From the NCBI RefSeq assembly GCF_009914755.1, contig NC_060929.1: DNA of 64,000 bases. The stretch is one strand, 5' to 3'. The first letter of the stretch is position 1; the number at the start of each line of letters is the position of its first letter. A model generated the notes under the pieces. The model ran no database searches. It worked only from the letters and a program-made list of their open reading frames with translations, and was not told where the DNA came from. Source of the stretch: the human T2T-CHM13v2.0 reference genome, Homo sapiens. Both the position numbers and the translations under genes were made by a program. This document shows positions 49,791 to 63,850 of this stretch, one piece after another.

Positions 49791-50149
49791 TGATATGGTT
49801 TGGCTGTGTCCCCACCCAAATCTCATATTGAATTATAGCTCCCACAATTCCCAGGTGTTGTGGGAATGACCCAGTGGGATGTAGTTGAATCATGGGGGCA
49901 GGTCTTCCCCATGCTGTTTTTGTAATAATGAATCAGTCTCATGACATTGGATGGTTTTATAAAGGGGAGTTTCCCTGCACAAGTTCTCTTATCTTGTCTG
50001 CCACCATGTAAGACATGACTTTCACCTTCTGCCATGATTGTGAGGCCTCCCCAGCCATGTGGAACTATAAGTCCATTAAACCTCTTTCTTTTGTAAATTG
50101 CCCAGTCTTGGATATGTCTTCATCAGCAGCATGAAAATGGACTAATACA
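49791..50149 (+). mobile_element. THE1 (THE1B/C-like) solo LTR
   Basis: TGATATGGTTTGGCTGTGTCCCCACCCAAATCTCAT...CCATTAAACCTCTT...GGACTAATACA; TAAC on both flanks. Confidence 0.92.
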
Positions 50150-50229
50150 TAACTCTGTATTAGACTCAAACAAAATGAAAGTTCAAAAAATACCAACTAA
50201 ATCTGTCTTTATTTCCCTAACTGTATCTT

Positions 50230-50392
50230 TTTTTTTTTTTAATTTAACTCTTATTTTAAGTTCAGGGGTACGGGTGCAGGTTTGTTGTATAGGTAAACTT
50301 GTGTCATGGGGGTTTGTTGTACAGATTATTTCATCGCCCATTATGTTCTTCACAGTAATTAGATTAACCCTAATACCCATTATTTATTTTTC
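50230..50392 (-). mobile_element. Short 5'-truncated L1 3' end (L1PA13-like) with internal 31-bp templated segment
   Basis: PolyT then TTATTTTAAGTTCAGGGGTAC..GTGCAGGTTTGTT...ACAGATTATTTCATC; probable TSD CTG(T/C)ATCTT at 50221-50229 and 50393-50401. Confidence 0.8.
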
Positions 50393-51199
50393 CTGCATCT
50401 TCTTAATAGTCTTGGACCTTTGCAATTTAGAACTACTGCTTTTTTCACGTTAAATAAGCCTAAGCTTTTAGAACCAATTTTTAAATCTGTACAAAGTTTA
50501 GTTCATTTTCTGTCATTTCTAGAAAACTGATTCTTGACTCGTGCCATCTCTTTCTTTTCTCTAAAGGCATTGGAGAAGTAAATATTTGGTGAATATGTCC
50601 TTATCATTCAACACAAGCTCTCTACTGTGGTTTTAAAACACTCTGCCATTTCTTTCATCTTAAAACTAGCCAGGGGAGAGGAAGAAGTTGGAAGTGATCA
50701 CTAGAAATTGAACATCATTTTTTGAAAAATGTCAAGCACTTGTTTTGAGTGAGACTCTGACTGGACAGATAAAGGAAGCAAACAACCTGGAAGTGGCATC
50801 CTTAAGGGATGATTTCAGTGTTTATAATGCCCTAGCTAATCTATTTCTTGTGGCCTCTGTATTCTCAAATCAGGAATATTCCTTGAAGAACTTATCGCAG
50901 AGTTAACATGATAAACAGCAGGCACTGAATTGAGAATACATCAGGGAGCCTGAAATGACTCCAGGTTAACTATCAAAGCGAGGAATCCTCATTAAAACTA
51001 TAACTTCCTTCCTCTAATTCAAGATCTTGGGGTATTAACTGAAGACTCAGTGAATGTGTGCACAACAGCAAAGACAAATCAACCAAGAAAGGGACAAAGA
51101 GATCTGGGGCTAAGGGAAAAGATGGATAAAGGGTCAGAGAAAGATGAACATTGGCCTTAAAGATAAAGCAGTCACATTGAAGAAGAAGTAATTATTCCA

Positions 51200-51700
51200 C
51201 ACATAGCAGACTATGCTGATCGTTGTCCCAATTGCCTCTTCCTTCTTTATTATTGTTCATGAAGCTCTGATTTTTCCAGGTATCCACTCCTTCTCATATG
51301 ACTGACAGTTATATCTTAAGTTTACGAATGTCAAAAAAAATCCCATTATGTTCTTCACAGTAATTAGATTAAGATGAATATATGATATGATTCTGGCCAA
51401 TTAGGTGAGGAGAAATCTGGTGAGTAGCTTCTGGGTGAAGTTTCCTTGGTGTTAAGAAGAGGAGACACAAAGGGACATCTATTATCCCCCATATTCTTTT
51501 AGATGGTGTCTAGTCTGTATATGATGGGCAGCATCATTTCACTACCATTAGGGGTGCCAGTCAAGAACAAAGTGAAATGGCAGAAAAGAAATGAGGGACG
51601 CCTGTGTTTTTGAAGATTTCATTTAATTACTGAATCAACCAATCTTGAGGCCACCTGTTATAATGATTATAATTTACTTTAAAACACTTCAACATATACA
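51200..51700 (+). mobile_element. Old MaLR LTR (MLT1G/H-like)
   Basis: ATTCTGGCCAATTAG...GCTTCTGGG...TTTCCT...AATGGCAGA...CTGAATCAACCAA motifs. Boundaries approximate. Confidence 0.55.
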
Positions 51701-52450
51701 CTGTGATATTATGTGCACTTAGCTTGGCATGAGCTGTCACCCAGAGGCTGTAAGCATTCTACTCAAATATTCCCTGTCCAGTAGTGGTTAACGAACACAG
51801 GAGTAGCCTGCTGGCATTCTCATCAAGAAGTCAATACTCCAGAAAAGCTATTACAAGCACTTCTGTTATGTGTATCTTGCTCAATAACTTCCATTTTGCT
51901 AATTAGCATACTAAATGTCAGAAAAGGGCTTTTAGTGATAAAAATAGCAGCCTGTTGACTACCATGATGAATGTTAAAATCGGGCTCTCACTGGTAAAAT
52001 TAAAGGTATTCAACTTGTGTGAATTAGTTAAATTATTTTATAGTCACCCCTACTCTTGCATGAATAGAGAATAAGAATCTATCAGGTCAAAAACTTGTAC
52101 TCCTTGGGATTTTGCCCCAGGCTAAATTCCTAAACATGCTAGTCTCTAGCCATGGGATTTAGAATTCTGATTGCCTGAGATCAGCTGTAAAGATGGCAGG
52201 ATCCTGCTTCGGGAATCTTGGCAATTGCTTTCACCAGTTCACCAGTTATCTCTGCAATTTATGTTGTAGTTTGAGGACCATATGTTATACGAAAGGCTTT
52301 TTACTCAATCAAATGTGTGGTAGAAGAAAAAGGCATAGAATGGGAAATCATGAGATAAAGTCTGAGACCCAACCCTGTAACAGCTTTGGATACATAATTC
52401 AACCTCTCTAAGGCTTGAGTGGCAGCCAAAGTAGCATAATAAAAAAGTGT

Positions 52451-52833
<383 letters not shown>

Positions 52834-53048
52834 CTATAAAATGGGTTAATACCCACTTAGAGCATTGTTATGAGGATTAAATGAGATATGCCATGTTCAA
52901 CTCTTAGCACAATACCTGGCAGGATAAATACTAAATAAATATAGTCATTATAATCTCCAAGATAAGAGGATCAGTCTAAATGGTCACTGCACCCCTCGAA
53001 CAATAGTGGAGAAAAGTCTTCTAAATTCAGTGCGAATCCTTGTGTTAG

Positions 53049-53117
53049 GCCATTCGCTCCTTTATTTATATAGTCAATGCCATTTGATGCCATTCACTTC
53101 TTTATTTATATAGTCAA
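53049..53117 (+). repeat. 29-bp direct repeat with 11-bp spacer
   Basis: GCCATTC(G/A)CT(C/T)CTTTATTTATATAGTCAA at 53049-53077 and 53089-53117. Confidence 0.9.
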
Positions 53118-55746
53118 GCATTTATTGAGTGCCCACTGTAAATGAAACACTGTAGATACACAGTAGGATATCTCTGAGAAACTCTCTGTCTTTTGGAGCA
53201 ACCAGGAATACCCAATTTTCTCAAAAACTGAAATTTCTGTCCACCTCAGTCATCCCCAACTATTATAATAGTTCTTTCTCAAAATATGTCTTTGATAGAA
53301 ATTTGTGTTCCGTGTTATACAAATCCACGTTCCAATATTGAGCCCTTCACTCAACATGGAGATTAACTTGTGTCCCTTTGCCAGTGGTGAGGGAACAATA
53401 GCTATGACGAATGAACAGTTTTGCAGAGAATTTAAGGAACAGGGATGCTTGGCAATGACAAGGGCTTTAGTGTTATTGCCCACAATCATGGTAGCTTGTG
53501 ACCTAAAACAGCGCATCAGGGAGACCTCCAGTACTGAAGAAATAAAGTGCCAAAAAAGAGGATCTGAAAAAAGCAACTCCTTTAAAATTAGTAAGTTTTT
53601 TTCCTCACTTCTCCATAGGGGCTCAGTTTAAATTTTTCTCCTTAGCCAACAAAGCCAATATTTTTCCCTGTAATCATAAAACACTGCTAATAAATTGATC
53701 TCTTTTATCAAATGCATTATGCTACATGTGAGAGCACAGTGAGTTTGGCAACCCCAACACAGTCCCCATGTGTTTGGAACCCACTGTATTGTACACACTT
53801 GAAACACCATCTGCAGGCAGTCTTTTCCTCTCCAACTTGTCAGGGTGAGCGGCAGGAGAGATTCATGAGTTGAGATGCATCGTTAACTGTCAGCGACTCT
53901 GCCAGTGCAAAGGAAACATCTGTATCAGCCAAACCTGTTGAAGATTAAACAGTTAACTGAGTCTAAACACATATGCAAGTGAGAATACCAATGGCCCTAA
54001 AACAAAACCTGTGCATCGAAAACGCTTGATTGATGTTTCTATATCTTAGCATTCACTGCAAGCGCTGGGGTCATTTGAGGGTAGTTTAAATCTGTGGCTG
54101 CATTTCAGAGATGATTTTTAGTTCTTTAGATTGTTGATGTCAAAGATCAGTGTGGGAGGCAACTAGAATCAGTGAGCCTTGTCCTTGTCTTGAACTTTCT
54201 TCACCTTTCTCCATGGAGAGGAAACAATGAATTTTCTCAGCAGGGACTGTATTTTGAAATCTTCCCTGGAAATAATCACTAAGGAAAAAAATGTTTCTGG
54301 TAGGATGTTTCATGAATCACAAGTAAGTTTTTTTTAAAAAAATCAAAATCTTTTACTTCTACAAAAATTAGAACAGGTTGTTCCTCTCAGTGAAGTTTCT
54401 GAATTTAGGTTTGTTGGAAAGGAAGGTTGAAAAATTCTGAAGAGAAGTTATATGCATATCCAGGACAAATTGAATAGGTGGAATGGTAGCCAGCCCAGTG
54501 AATCTCCGGAACATGGTCTGTGTGGGCTTAGCCATGATGTATGCTAGGGAAATGGGGTCAGGGAGGGGATTACAGGGAGGACTATGGCTTATGGCTCAAA
54601 GAGTGACCAATGCTCTAAACTATGACTGCCAAAGTATTAGGGTCTAGCAAGACCAGAATTAACACTAGAACAAATGGCATGAAGGACAGGAGTTTCTAGG
54701 CTGTGGGTGACAATTCTGGTTAAAGAGGAAGATCTGGGCCAGTAACCATAGGTGCAAGAAGCCAGAACTTTAAGATAATCAAGACATTTAGGCTTCAAAT
54801 AAATGAGCTGGTGTTAGGGCTGTATTCCAGGTGGGTATCTACAGAGGAAACAGAACATCCAATAGGCTGAGCATATCACTATGTGGGTTTAGAAGAAAGC
54901 TGCATATGGCGATCAGGTGGACACTAAAGAGCTCATGGCAGGCACCCCCAACTTATAGTAGTAAGATAAATTCTAAACCTCACTTGTGGGAAGCAGAAAT
55001 ATTCAAATATCTGTGTGTGTATGTGTGTGTATAAACACACATACATGCACACATTCAGGCTTAGCCAATATTGGCCCAAGAACTAAGTGGTTTGAAGCTG
55101 TCTGCAGCCTTCAGTGAATGCTGAACAAGATATGGAAAGGCAAAAACTGGCATGTGGCAAAACTGTGTCCTGAATCTCTCCACATCCACAAGCATATCGC
55201 CCTTGGCTTAGGTTTTTATCTCCTCATTCTCAGTATTTGACCACCACCCTACAAGTCAAAATGGATTCCATATTTTAATTTGAGAGTCTTGACTGCATCT
55301 GCACACACATCTACTAAGACTGTCCTTATAAGGTTCTCCATCTTCCCAATCCCAGATGTTAGCTCATAATTATATTAACCTCACCCTAAGCATGAATATA
55401 CCCTAAGAATGAATATAAGCACTGATTACAGTAATACACAGCCACTGAACTAACATAATTATCAGTAAATTGCAATAAATTGGAGTGAGGTCTTTCTTTA
55501 AGATGTCATAATCAACATTTTCTTCCTAAGCAATTAGAAAAAAATAGAAAAATCTGGAGATAAAAACAATTGATTGAATAACATTTCCATGAGTCATGTC
55601 ATACCTCTAAAAATGACTCATAATAATAAGCTTCGAGCTCTAGAAATGTTCATCTGTTTAGCAACTGCTGGATAAACATCTGGAATGAGGTCAATTCTCT
55701 GTAAGTATGTCACTCCTGTGCCACATGATGTGTTGATGATTTAATG

Positions 55747-55932
55747 CAAGCTTGTTTCACCCGCGGCCCAACACAGATTCATAAGCTTTCTTAAAACAGT
55801 ATGAGTTCCTTTGCTTTTTTTTTTTTTTCTAGCTCATCAGCTATCATTAGTGCTAGTGTATTTGATATGTGGCCCAAGATAATTCTTCTTCTAACGTAGC
55901 CCAGGGAAGCCAGGGAAGATTGGACACCCATG
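55747..55932 (+). mobile_element. MER30 (hAT-Charlie MITE), internally shortened
   Basis: CAAGCTTGT...CCCGCGGCCCAACACA...AGCTCATCAGCTATC...GGCCCAAGA...GATTGGACACCCATG. Confidence 0.85.
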
Positions 55933-56549
55933 ATAATGTGTTTAACAGGGTATGTAGTAAGAAAAATACTTATTGGTCTTAGCCTGTAGTTCTTTCACAA
56001 CTATTCATAAAAAGCAGAATACGGTGATCCTAAAACCTCATTCAAGAGAGACTATATTGATTATATATTCATGAGGAGAGGAGAAGGGAAGGAAGTTGCA
56101 AAAAAGGAAGGTATAGGAAAAAGGTTTTGCTGGGTTTAGGGAAATAGCAGATATTGCACCCAGGGTAGCTGCCAGGACCTGAAAAATGATTTAGAATCTT
56201 CCTCATCCCCTCCCACTACTGCCACCCCTGCAAAAGCTGAAAACTAAGCTGAGACTGACAATCTCAATCACAAATCGCATGCACAAGCAGAGGCGGCAAA
56301 GAGCCAAGCACCCACGGAGACTTGGTTAGTGAAGGTCTCCTCATTGACCGATGGTGGGGAGAAAAAGTGGAGAATATTTTCTGTCCTCTTCTGGTCTGCT
56401 TCAAATCCTCTCACTTTAGCATGCGCTGAAGGCAAAGGAGTCACATTCATTTCAATGAATTAATTTCTAGCTAGCCCTGAAGAATGCGGGGTTTACATAA
56501 GATATGGTTTTGAAAAATGAAAGATCGTACCATTTTTTTCATCCCAGTT

Positions 56550-57235
56550 GTGAAAATTTATACCCAGTGCCCATGTTACAACCGAGAATATTGTTCAAAT
56601 TTTTGTTTGTAAGAGGAAAGGAAAGGACATGAATACAGCTCCCTAATAGACAGTAGAAAAGGGTTTGGAGCAAAAGAAGAATTAGAAAATAGTGGAATGG
56701 CTCCTTCATGGTGCCCTGGTAACTTTGCACATATCCGCACAAACCACACAGGCAAAGACTTGAACCACAACCTATACAAGTCTTGGCAGGAGACATTGAG
56801 ATCCTCCCAGAACATGGGAGGATGGGAGACTGGTGAGGTGCTACTTTGAGGAAATCTCCCAATCTCCTTTCTATTTCCTCTAGGAAACTGATAGTTTCTC
56901 TCATTGCCTTTGGGGTTTTAATGATATAGAAGGATTTTCATCCCTCCCCCCTCCAGGTATAGAGGCAAACTATAAAACTGCCCAGCTGTAGTCTAGAATC
57001 ATCTGCCCAGCAATGGACATTGTTGCATTATCATTGCAGTCCCTAGACTCCTTTGATTTCAGTGTTGTCCTTTTTGGCCTGTGGAAAAGGACCCAGTAGA
57101 TAGCACCTTCAGTTATTCTTCCTTTTGCTGTCTACGTAAGTAATAAACTCTCTAAACCTAAAATTGAATAGTATATTTACCCGTCAAATCACTCGGGTTG
57201 TGGCCTCGGCCTTGTCTTGTCTTGTGAGCTTGGCA
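56550..57235 (+). mobile_element. Probable old ERVL-class LTR (MER54/MER74/LTR53-like)
   Basis: TATAAAA near 56971, TAAGTAATAAAC near 57140, end GGCCTTGTCTTGTCTTGTGAGCTTGGCA. 5' boundary uncertain. Confidence 0.45.
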
Positions 57236-59404
57236 GGAGGAAAAAGGTAGAAAGGACTTCCAATGTTTAGAAAAGAAGAAGAATGGAAAGCTATGCATGA
57301 AAATTCATTGTTCTTCTTTTCAGATGTTAAGGTAAATGTAGTAAAGGAAATGGTCTTTGTTTTTAACTCCCACAGTGTCTACAAGCCCGAAATACATGAG
57401 CCACCTCTCTCTAAGTAAACATTATAGTGTGTTACCTCAAGTCAGCTAATGTGGGCAGTCATACCTGAGCAATGGATTGACTGCAAATAAATGGGACTAA
57501 AGGATACAATGCCCTAATAGAAGCACACTTAGTGTTCTGCCTATTTTAATTTTTTAAATTATTGGCATTTCTATTTTAACGTTGAATGTAATGAGATAAA
57601 GGTAGATTTTATTAATAGGAAAGTTGCTTTTGCTTTCTTATTTCTATATTCCACTCGAAGTAATGAAAGTTGAGATAATGACAGGAGAAGATGTTAAACC
57701 AGGGCAAAATAGAAGTTTCTAAAACTGTGCTTTTCCCCTGCTGGCATAAACAGAGCCAACACTCAAGAAAATGCCTTGGATTCATTTTTAGTATTCTCTC
57801 TACAGAAAACACTAAACCATGGAGCAGGCACAATAACGGTGAAAGGGTAGAAGTAAAATTACAAGCTATTAATATCTACAGAACTCTTATCATGTGGCAG
57901 ACCTTATGTTACATGCTGTTTAGTTTTGTAGATGGCAGAGGCTTAAAGGAGAAAACTAGGAATTTGGAAAGAGAGAAAGAGAGACCCTAAAGTACACATA
58001 CACACACATACATTCACATATGTAAACGTAAATTTTAGCATTTAACTTATCTCAAAGAATGAGATGTGAGAGTATTAATACATTTAAGAAAATAACTTAG
58101 ATAACATTGCCAATTAAAGAACACGTTAAGTTTGCTTCCATAAAATATCTCTTTAAAAAGAAAAACTATACGTGTGCTTCCTTTCCATAGGAAATGTTAT
58201 TTTCTCTTGAGAAGCCCAGTCCCACTGCTTTCTTATATTGACTATGAATGAGAGTGGACTTGTTTTACACTTTTATTATTCCTTTAGAAAAATTAAGTTG
58301 TTATCATCACCCAGTAAGTGTTTGTAGCAAGTTCACATTAGCCTGTACTGAGAAACTAGCCAAGAGTCAACCCCAACAGTGATGGATGTATGTTATTATG
58401 AAGTAAATGGGAGCAAAAGGAAATAGGGCAGAAGAAAGCTTATACACATGATTTTTTTTTTTTTTTTTTTACTCTGCCTCTGGCAGCTACCCTCAATTTA
58501 AATGCTCTGACATGGAGATAAGGGATAAAAATAGCACATCTGCTATTAAATTGTAAGGAAATTCACTTAGTTTTAAATCAAATGTCTTAGAAAAAGAAGA
58601 ATATTTAATCACTTATTCATTCACCAACAAATATGTATTGATCCACAGTTATACAACAAGCTCAGCCAAGTCGAAAATCTAGGAACTGCTCCTGAGCTAG
58701 GGTTACTCACAACAGTTCTAAAGCCATAAAAAGTACCCTAAGAAATTAGAAAATTTCCCTAGAAAGCTGTACTCTTCACTCTTAAATCCAGTGAATGTTT
58801 AAGAAAATGACTGTGGCTCTAGAAGAAAAACCCCATTTGTTAGTTTTTTAATGGAATTTCCACCATTTTCCATTTGTCATTAGGTGAAGGAAAGGCAACT
58901 TAACTCATTACCGAGTCCGCTGTTTGGAACACTTAAGTATTCTTAAATAGGACAAAGGACACATGACAGAGAGAGAACATTTCTGTTCCAAAGGATTGCT
59001 AAGCATACTTTTGGTGATACTCCAGATTTCAGAAGAGAAAGGAATGTACAGTTCTAAAATTTATTAACAATAAAAGTTTAACAACAAAGGTCGTTGTAAT
59101 TTATGAGTCATTGTTTAGGTATCAGTCACTGTGGAAAAAGTGCTTTGCTTAATAGTTCTGACTCTTGTAGAAACAGGTAACGGTATCTCCTTGGCTCTGC
59201 ACAATATGGCATAGCACATTTTTACTAGGAGTCTAGATTTATCTATACCTTTATTGAGACTTTATAACAGCATGATGAAGATATATAAAACCAGAATTAT
59301 CTTACACATGTGGCTAAAGAAATGCAGGCTGAAGAAGATGTCACCTACATATTTGGCAAAAGAATCACTCAAATATAAATCATCATCAAATCAACCAACT
59401 AGAG

Positions 59405-59570
59405 CAGTGATTCTTGACCAAGGGTAATTTTGCTCCCAGGCGGGCATTTGGCAATATCTGGAGAGACTTTTAATTATCACAACTGGCTTAGTACTTCTGA
59501 TACCTTGTTGGTAAAGGTTACTGATGCTGCTGAACATTTTACTATACACAGTACATTCCCCAACAACTGG
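59405..59570 (+). mobile_element. MER20 (hAT-Charlie)
   Basis: CAGTGATTCTT...ATTTTGC...GGGCATTTGGCAATATCTGGAGA...GATGCTGCTGAACAT. Confidence 0.75.
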
Positions 59571-59823
59571 CCCTGCTATGGTTTGGAAACTTTCAAAAGA
59601 AAAGAAAGACGTGTTCCTGCCACCAAGGAGTTAATTGCCCTCACCTGTGCTATATATTATAGTGCACTCATGTGAGAAAAAAAGCTAAAACTGCCAGTAA
59701 CATTCAATTAAAGGAGTTTCTGGGCTGCTAGTTAGTAAGATGATAATAATTATTAAAACCTCCAACGTAGCATGATTATATCACAAACTGAGATTATTAA
59801 AGATTTGACTCAAGCTTGACACT

Positions 59824-60225
59824 TCTCTTAGTCTAATCTGGCTGCTGTAACAAAATACCTTACACTGGGTAACTTATAAGTGGTAGAAATTTCTTTTTCA
59901 CAGCTCTGGAGGCTGGAAAGTCCAAGATCAAAGCAACAGCAAATTCTGTGTCTAGTGAAGGCTCACACTCTGCTTCATAGATGGTGCCTTGTTGCTGTGT
60001 TTCCACATGGCAAAAGAGGCCAACATTGTGTCCTCACATAGCAGAAGGAGCAGGAGGGGCAAGTAAGCTCCCTCAGGCCCCTGCATGAGAGCATTAATTC
60101 CATTCATAAGAGTGGAGCCCTCATGACCTCATCATCTCCCAAATGCCTCTCCTCTCTATAATGTTAAGAGAGGATTAAATTCTAACATATGAATGTTGGA
60201 AGGATACCAACATTCAGGCGATAGC
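59824..60225 (-). mobile_element. MaLR solo LTR (MLT1A1/MST-like)
   Basis: CTTAGTC...GCTGCTGTAACAAAATACC...GGAGGCTGGAAAGTCCAAGATCAA...GGAGCCCTCATGACCT...AACATTCAG. Confidence 0.8.
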
Positions 60226-61974
60226 CACTCATGATAAGATCCTTTTCTTTGTTTAAAATCCAGGGCCCTTTTTTCCCCTTGACAATATTGAGGAGAGGTG
60301 ACATCTTGAATTGGACCTGGTAGATTTGAAAACACACATGCACACACCTGGAACTATATTGCTTAAATACTATACTTCTGTCCTCCTTATGACACCTCAT
60401 TTTAGAATGTTATATACATTTTAGTTCTCTAACTTCAGCATTTTACAACTGAGAAGTAATGAGATAATTTGTATTCTTTCTTTTTTATTATTTAGAAGTA
60501 GAGGGGAAAATCATAATTCCATTTTATTTTTAATTTTGAAGATTCCCAAACAATATGAAAGCAATTTCTTAAGGTTACTTAAAAAAACCATAAAAAGGGG
60601 ACTCTATTGTCCTTTGAATATTGGTATCCTCAACTTGGAGAGACTGTATGATTCTTCATGTTATTCCTTAGAAAGGAATCCACTACCATTTGAAAGGAAT
60701 CCACCACATTTGAATGTTAAGCCAAGGATCAAATTTGTTTCTGAACTGCAATTAAGGATTAAATATGAGGTAGTGCCAGACATCATATTTTATTTTTGTT
60801 CTGGGTAAGCTATTTGATATAATCTTAGAGATTAAGAAAGATAGGAATCATTTTATGTATACCAGAAATTGAAGATATAGTAAGAAGATATAAAATATTA
60901 ATAACTTGTTACAAAAATATGATTGCTTTAATCATCTTTTCAGATACCAGAATTTGCAAATTGCATACATATTTAACAAACCTTTAAACAAATATTTAGC
61001 CAATATGAACAAATACTTGCTAAAAAGGATTATCATTTTTTGCTAAGTCTGTTAAATGATCCAGCTAACTAAATGACTAATTTTTCAGGATATTTATATA
61101 TGTGAAATCTAGCATATAACACACGCAGTACAGTACATTAATTCTCTAAAGTATCTCCATAGGTCAGTGCAATAATAATAAACCCCAGTCATGCATTATA
61201 AAGGTGGAATGCTGATGTGACTTTCCTGTTACTCTAAACTGCATGACTTTTACCCCAAAAATATTTAATGATTTACATTTCAAAGATAAATTATCAACAC
61301 AGAGATTATGCTTCTCAGTGTTGGGAAATGTGAGATAACAATAAGCAATGGTCAGAAGACCATGTTGCTCTGCCTATATTATGTTATAGACATGAAAATA
61401 AACCCTAGGATTTAAAGAGAAATTCAAACAGCTTTATAGCAATTGTATCTATGTCTCCTTTTAGTTCTAGTTTATTGTTTTTCACAAGACCCTGTTTACG
61501 AGACATTCTGAAAGCTTTTGCTGTAGAGTGCCTTTTGTCTCCTTGATCTAGTAACATGAAAAGTGAATGATAGGGAGGGGGAGAAGAAATGCCATTTATT
61601 CAAGATATAAAAGGTCTTGCTCCAACAAATTACATAATTTATGATTTTTGAAACTAATTCCAGTACTAAAGAAATCCTTCAGGGACTCATAGAAAAAGAA
61701 AATGCCTGGTTGCTTAACTTGGCAGCATTTATCACAAACCCAAGGTTCTGATAATAATAGGTGAAAATTTTTTAATTCTACAAAGGGAGAAAAATAACTT
61801 AAACTTCCTTTAACATAGCCCCCAAAACATTAGTATGAAGCAAAGTAAAAAAAAAAAATACTAACACATCTTAATATCATGAAAATTAAGTAGATTTTAA
61901 AATCACAGCACATAATTGTATGTATGTTACATTATTTTAACATGCATTTTATGGTAATAATCACCAGTTAATCG

Positions 61975-63850
61975 ACGTTCCTTCCACAAACATTTATTGA
62001 ACACCTACTATGTGCCAGACAAATTGCTAGCCTAGGAAAGCTTCCTGTGCCCTCCATGGCTCTAACCTAGAACTTTTCACATCTTACAGGAATGATTAGC
62101 TCTCTTATCTGTTTTCTCCACCAGACATATTCCTTGAAGGTAGAATCACTGTCAGCAGAGTCCTTGCCAGGAACGACTTTCCAGTGAAGGAGACAATGGA
62201 AATTTGGACAACATTTTGAAAACCACTAACAGTAACAACGTGTTAATAATAATTAAAACATTAAGATGAAGAAGACAAAGAAGGAGAAATATGAAGGGAT
62301 TGCTAATTGCTGGTGTTCTGCATTTGTTTTCTTATTTAATCCTCATCATAACCTTATGAGGTGGGTAACAATTTGGACCCTGTTTTACAAATTAATAGGT
62401 CATAATGCAAAGGTATTAGGTAACTTGATCAAAGTCACCCTAGAAACAGAATTGAGTGGTTAGAGAGAGGCAGAGGAGAGAGAATTGTGTTCCAGGCAGG
62501 AGAATGAAGGCATGAGCCAATCACACATACCTTCCAGCCATTTGGGAGGGCTGGACCAGCATTATTAGTTCAAGCAGAGCATGATAGGCTATGGCTCAGG
62601 ATTGCCATTAATACCATCCACATATGTGGTTATTGAGGATTTACCATGTAATTGAGACAGGATTGTGATCATCACTTTGTAAGAATTACTTTATTTTTTT
62701 CTCACCACAACCCTGAGAGAGACTTATTATTTTTATTTTGATTTTATGGATGAAAGAACTATTTTAGACAAGCTAAGTAACTTGCCCAAGGTGAGAAAGT
62801 TAATAATTCAAGTGAGGTCTGGCCAATTCCAAAGTCCATGATCTAAACCCACCTCTGTTACCTGACCACTTCAGAATGAGGCTGAAGACATAGTTAAGGC
62901 CAAAGTATGAAGAGCCTAACAGGCTAACCCCAAAAGTAGGAATTTTATTCTAAAATCTATTTGGAAGCACAAAGAAAATGTAGGCAGGGTAATAGCACAG
63001 TTATACTTAGAATAATAATCATTTTAACAATGCTTTGAAGACGGAGTTGAAGGGAAGTGATACTACAGGCAGTAGACTAGTTAGGAGACTATTATAATAA
63101 ATCTGGTAAAAATATTTGCTGTGCTAGTGACAGTGGGAATGTTTAGGAGGTAAAATGATGACAAAAAGATAACAGGAAATGCCTAAATGATGACTACAAT
63201 AAAGGAGAATTCCTCGGGTTACTCTTGTGCCTCTGAGTTGAGTAACTAGTTGGATGATCATGCTATTCATTTATACAGGAGACATAAAATTTGGAGATTG
63301 AATTTTGAGCATGCGAGAGGTGTCTGGGGCATGTTCATCACAAGGTTATTTGGATATGTATATTTGGATCTTAGAAACCGGGGGATTGGGTTGTGGACAT
63401 AGATTTAAGAGTCCTTGACTTATAGGTAGTGGTCAGATGCTTGAACATACATCATAAGGACAACAAAGAAGAAGATGGAGTAGAATAATTAAAGAATACC
63501 GAAGGAAGAGTAGCATGAAAACTGCCAAAGGAGGAAATAGTTTCATGAAAGAGTGGTTGAAGTGTCTAATTCTACAGGACCGATTAAGTAGGATGAAGAG
63601 GGGAAGTACACAATCATTTGATAACTAGGGGGCTATTTGCTTGATGGAACTTGCCCCAAGCTAAGAGCTGTGGAAAGAAAAACTGGAGACATGGAGTAAA
63701 ACCTCTTCTTTTAAGAATCTTGGCTATAAAGGAAATTCTATAGAAGTAGGGGCAATGTAGGATAAAGGGAAGATATTTTATAAGATGAGAGATCTGTAAA
63801 TATGTGTATGCACTAAGGGTAACTTAAAAACTCTCAATACAAAGAGATTT
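61975..63850 (-). mobile_element. L2 fragments with interspersed MIRs (~62330-62460, ~62640-62860)
   Basis: ACAAACATTTATTGAACACCTACTATGTGCCAG (L2 tail); ACTAGTTAGGAGACTATT and TAGATTTAAGAGTC (L2 body); GCTAAGTAACTTGCCCAAGGT (MIR). Confidence 0.6.

Noticed and set aside
55012-55052. TG/CA quasi-palindrome (possible hairpin)
   Set aside because: Low-complexity dinucleotide repeats produce such stems by chance.
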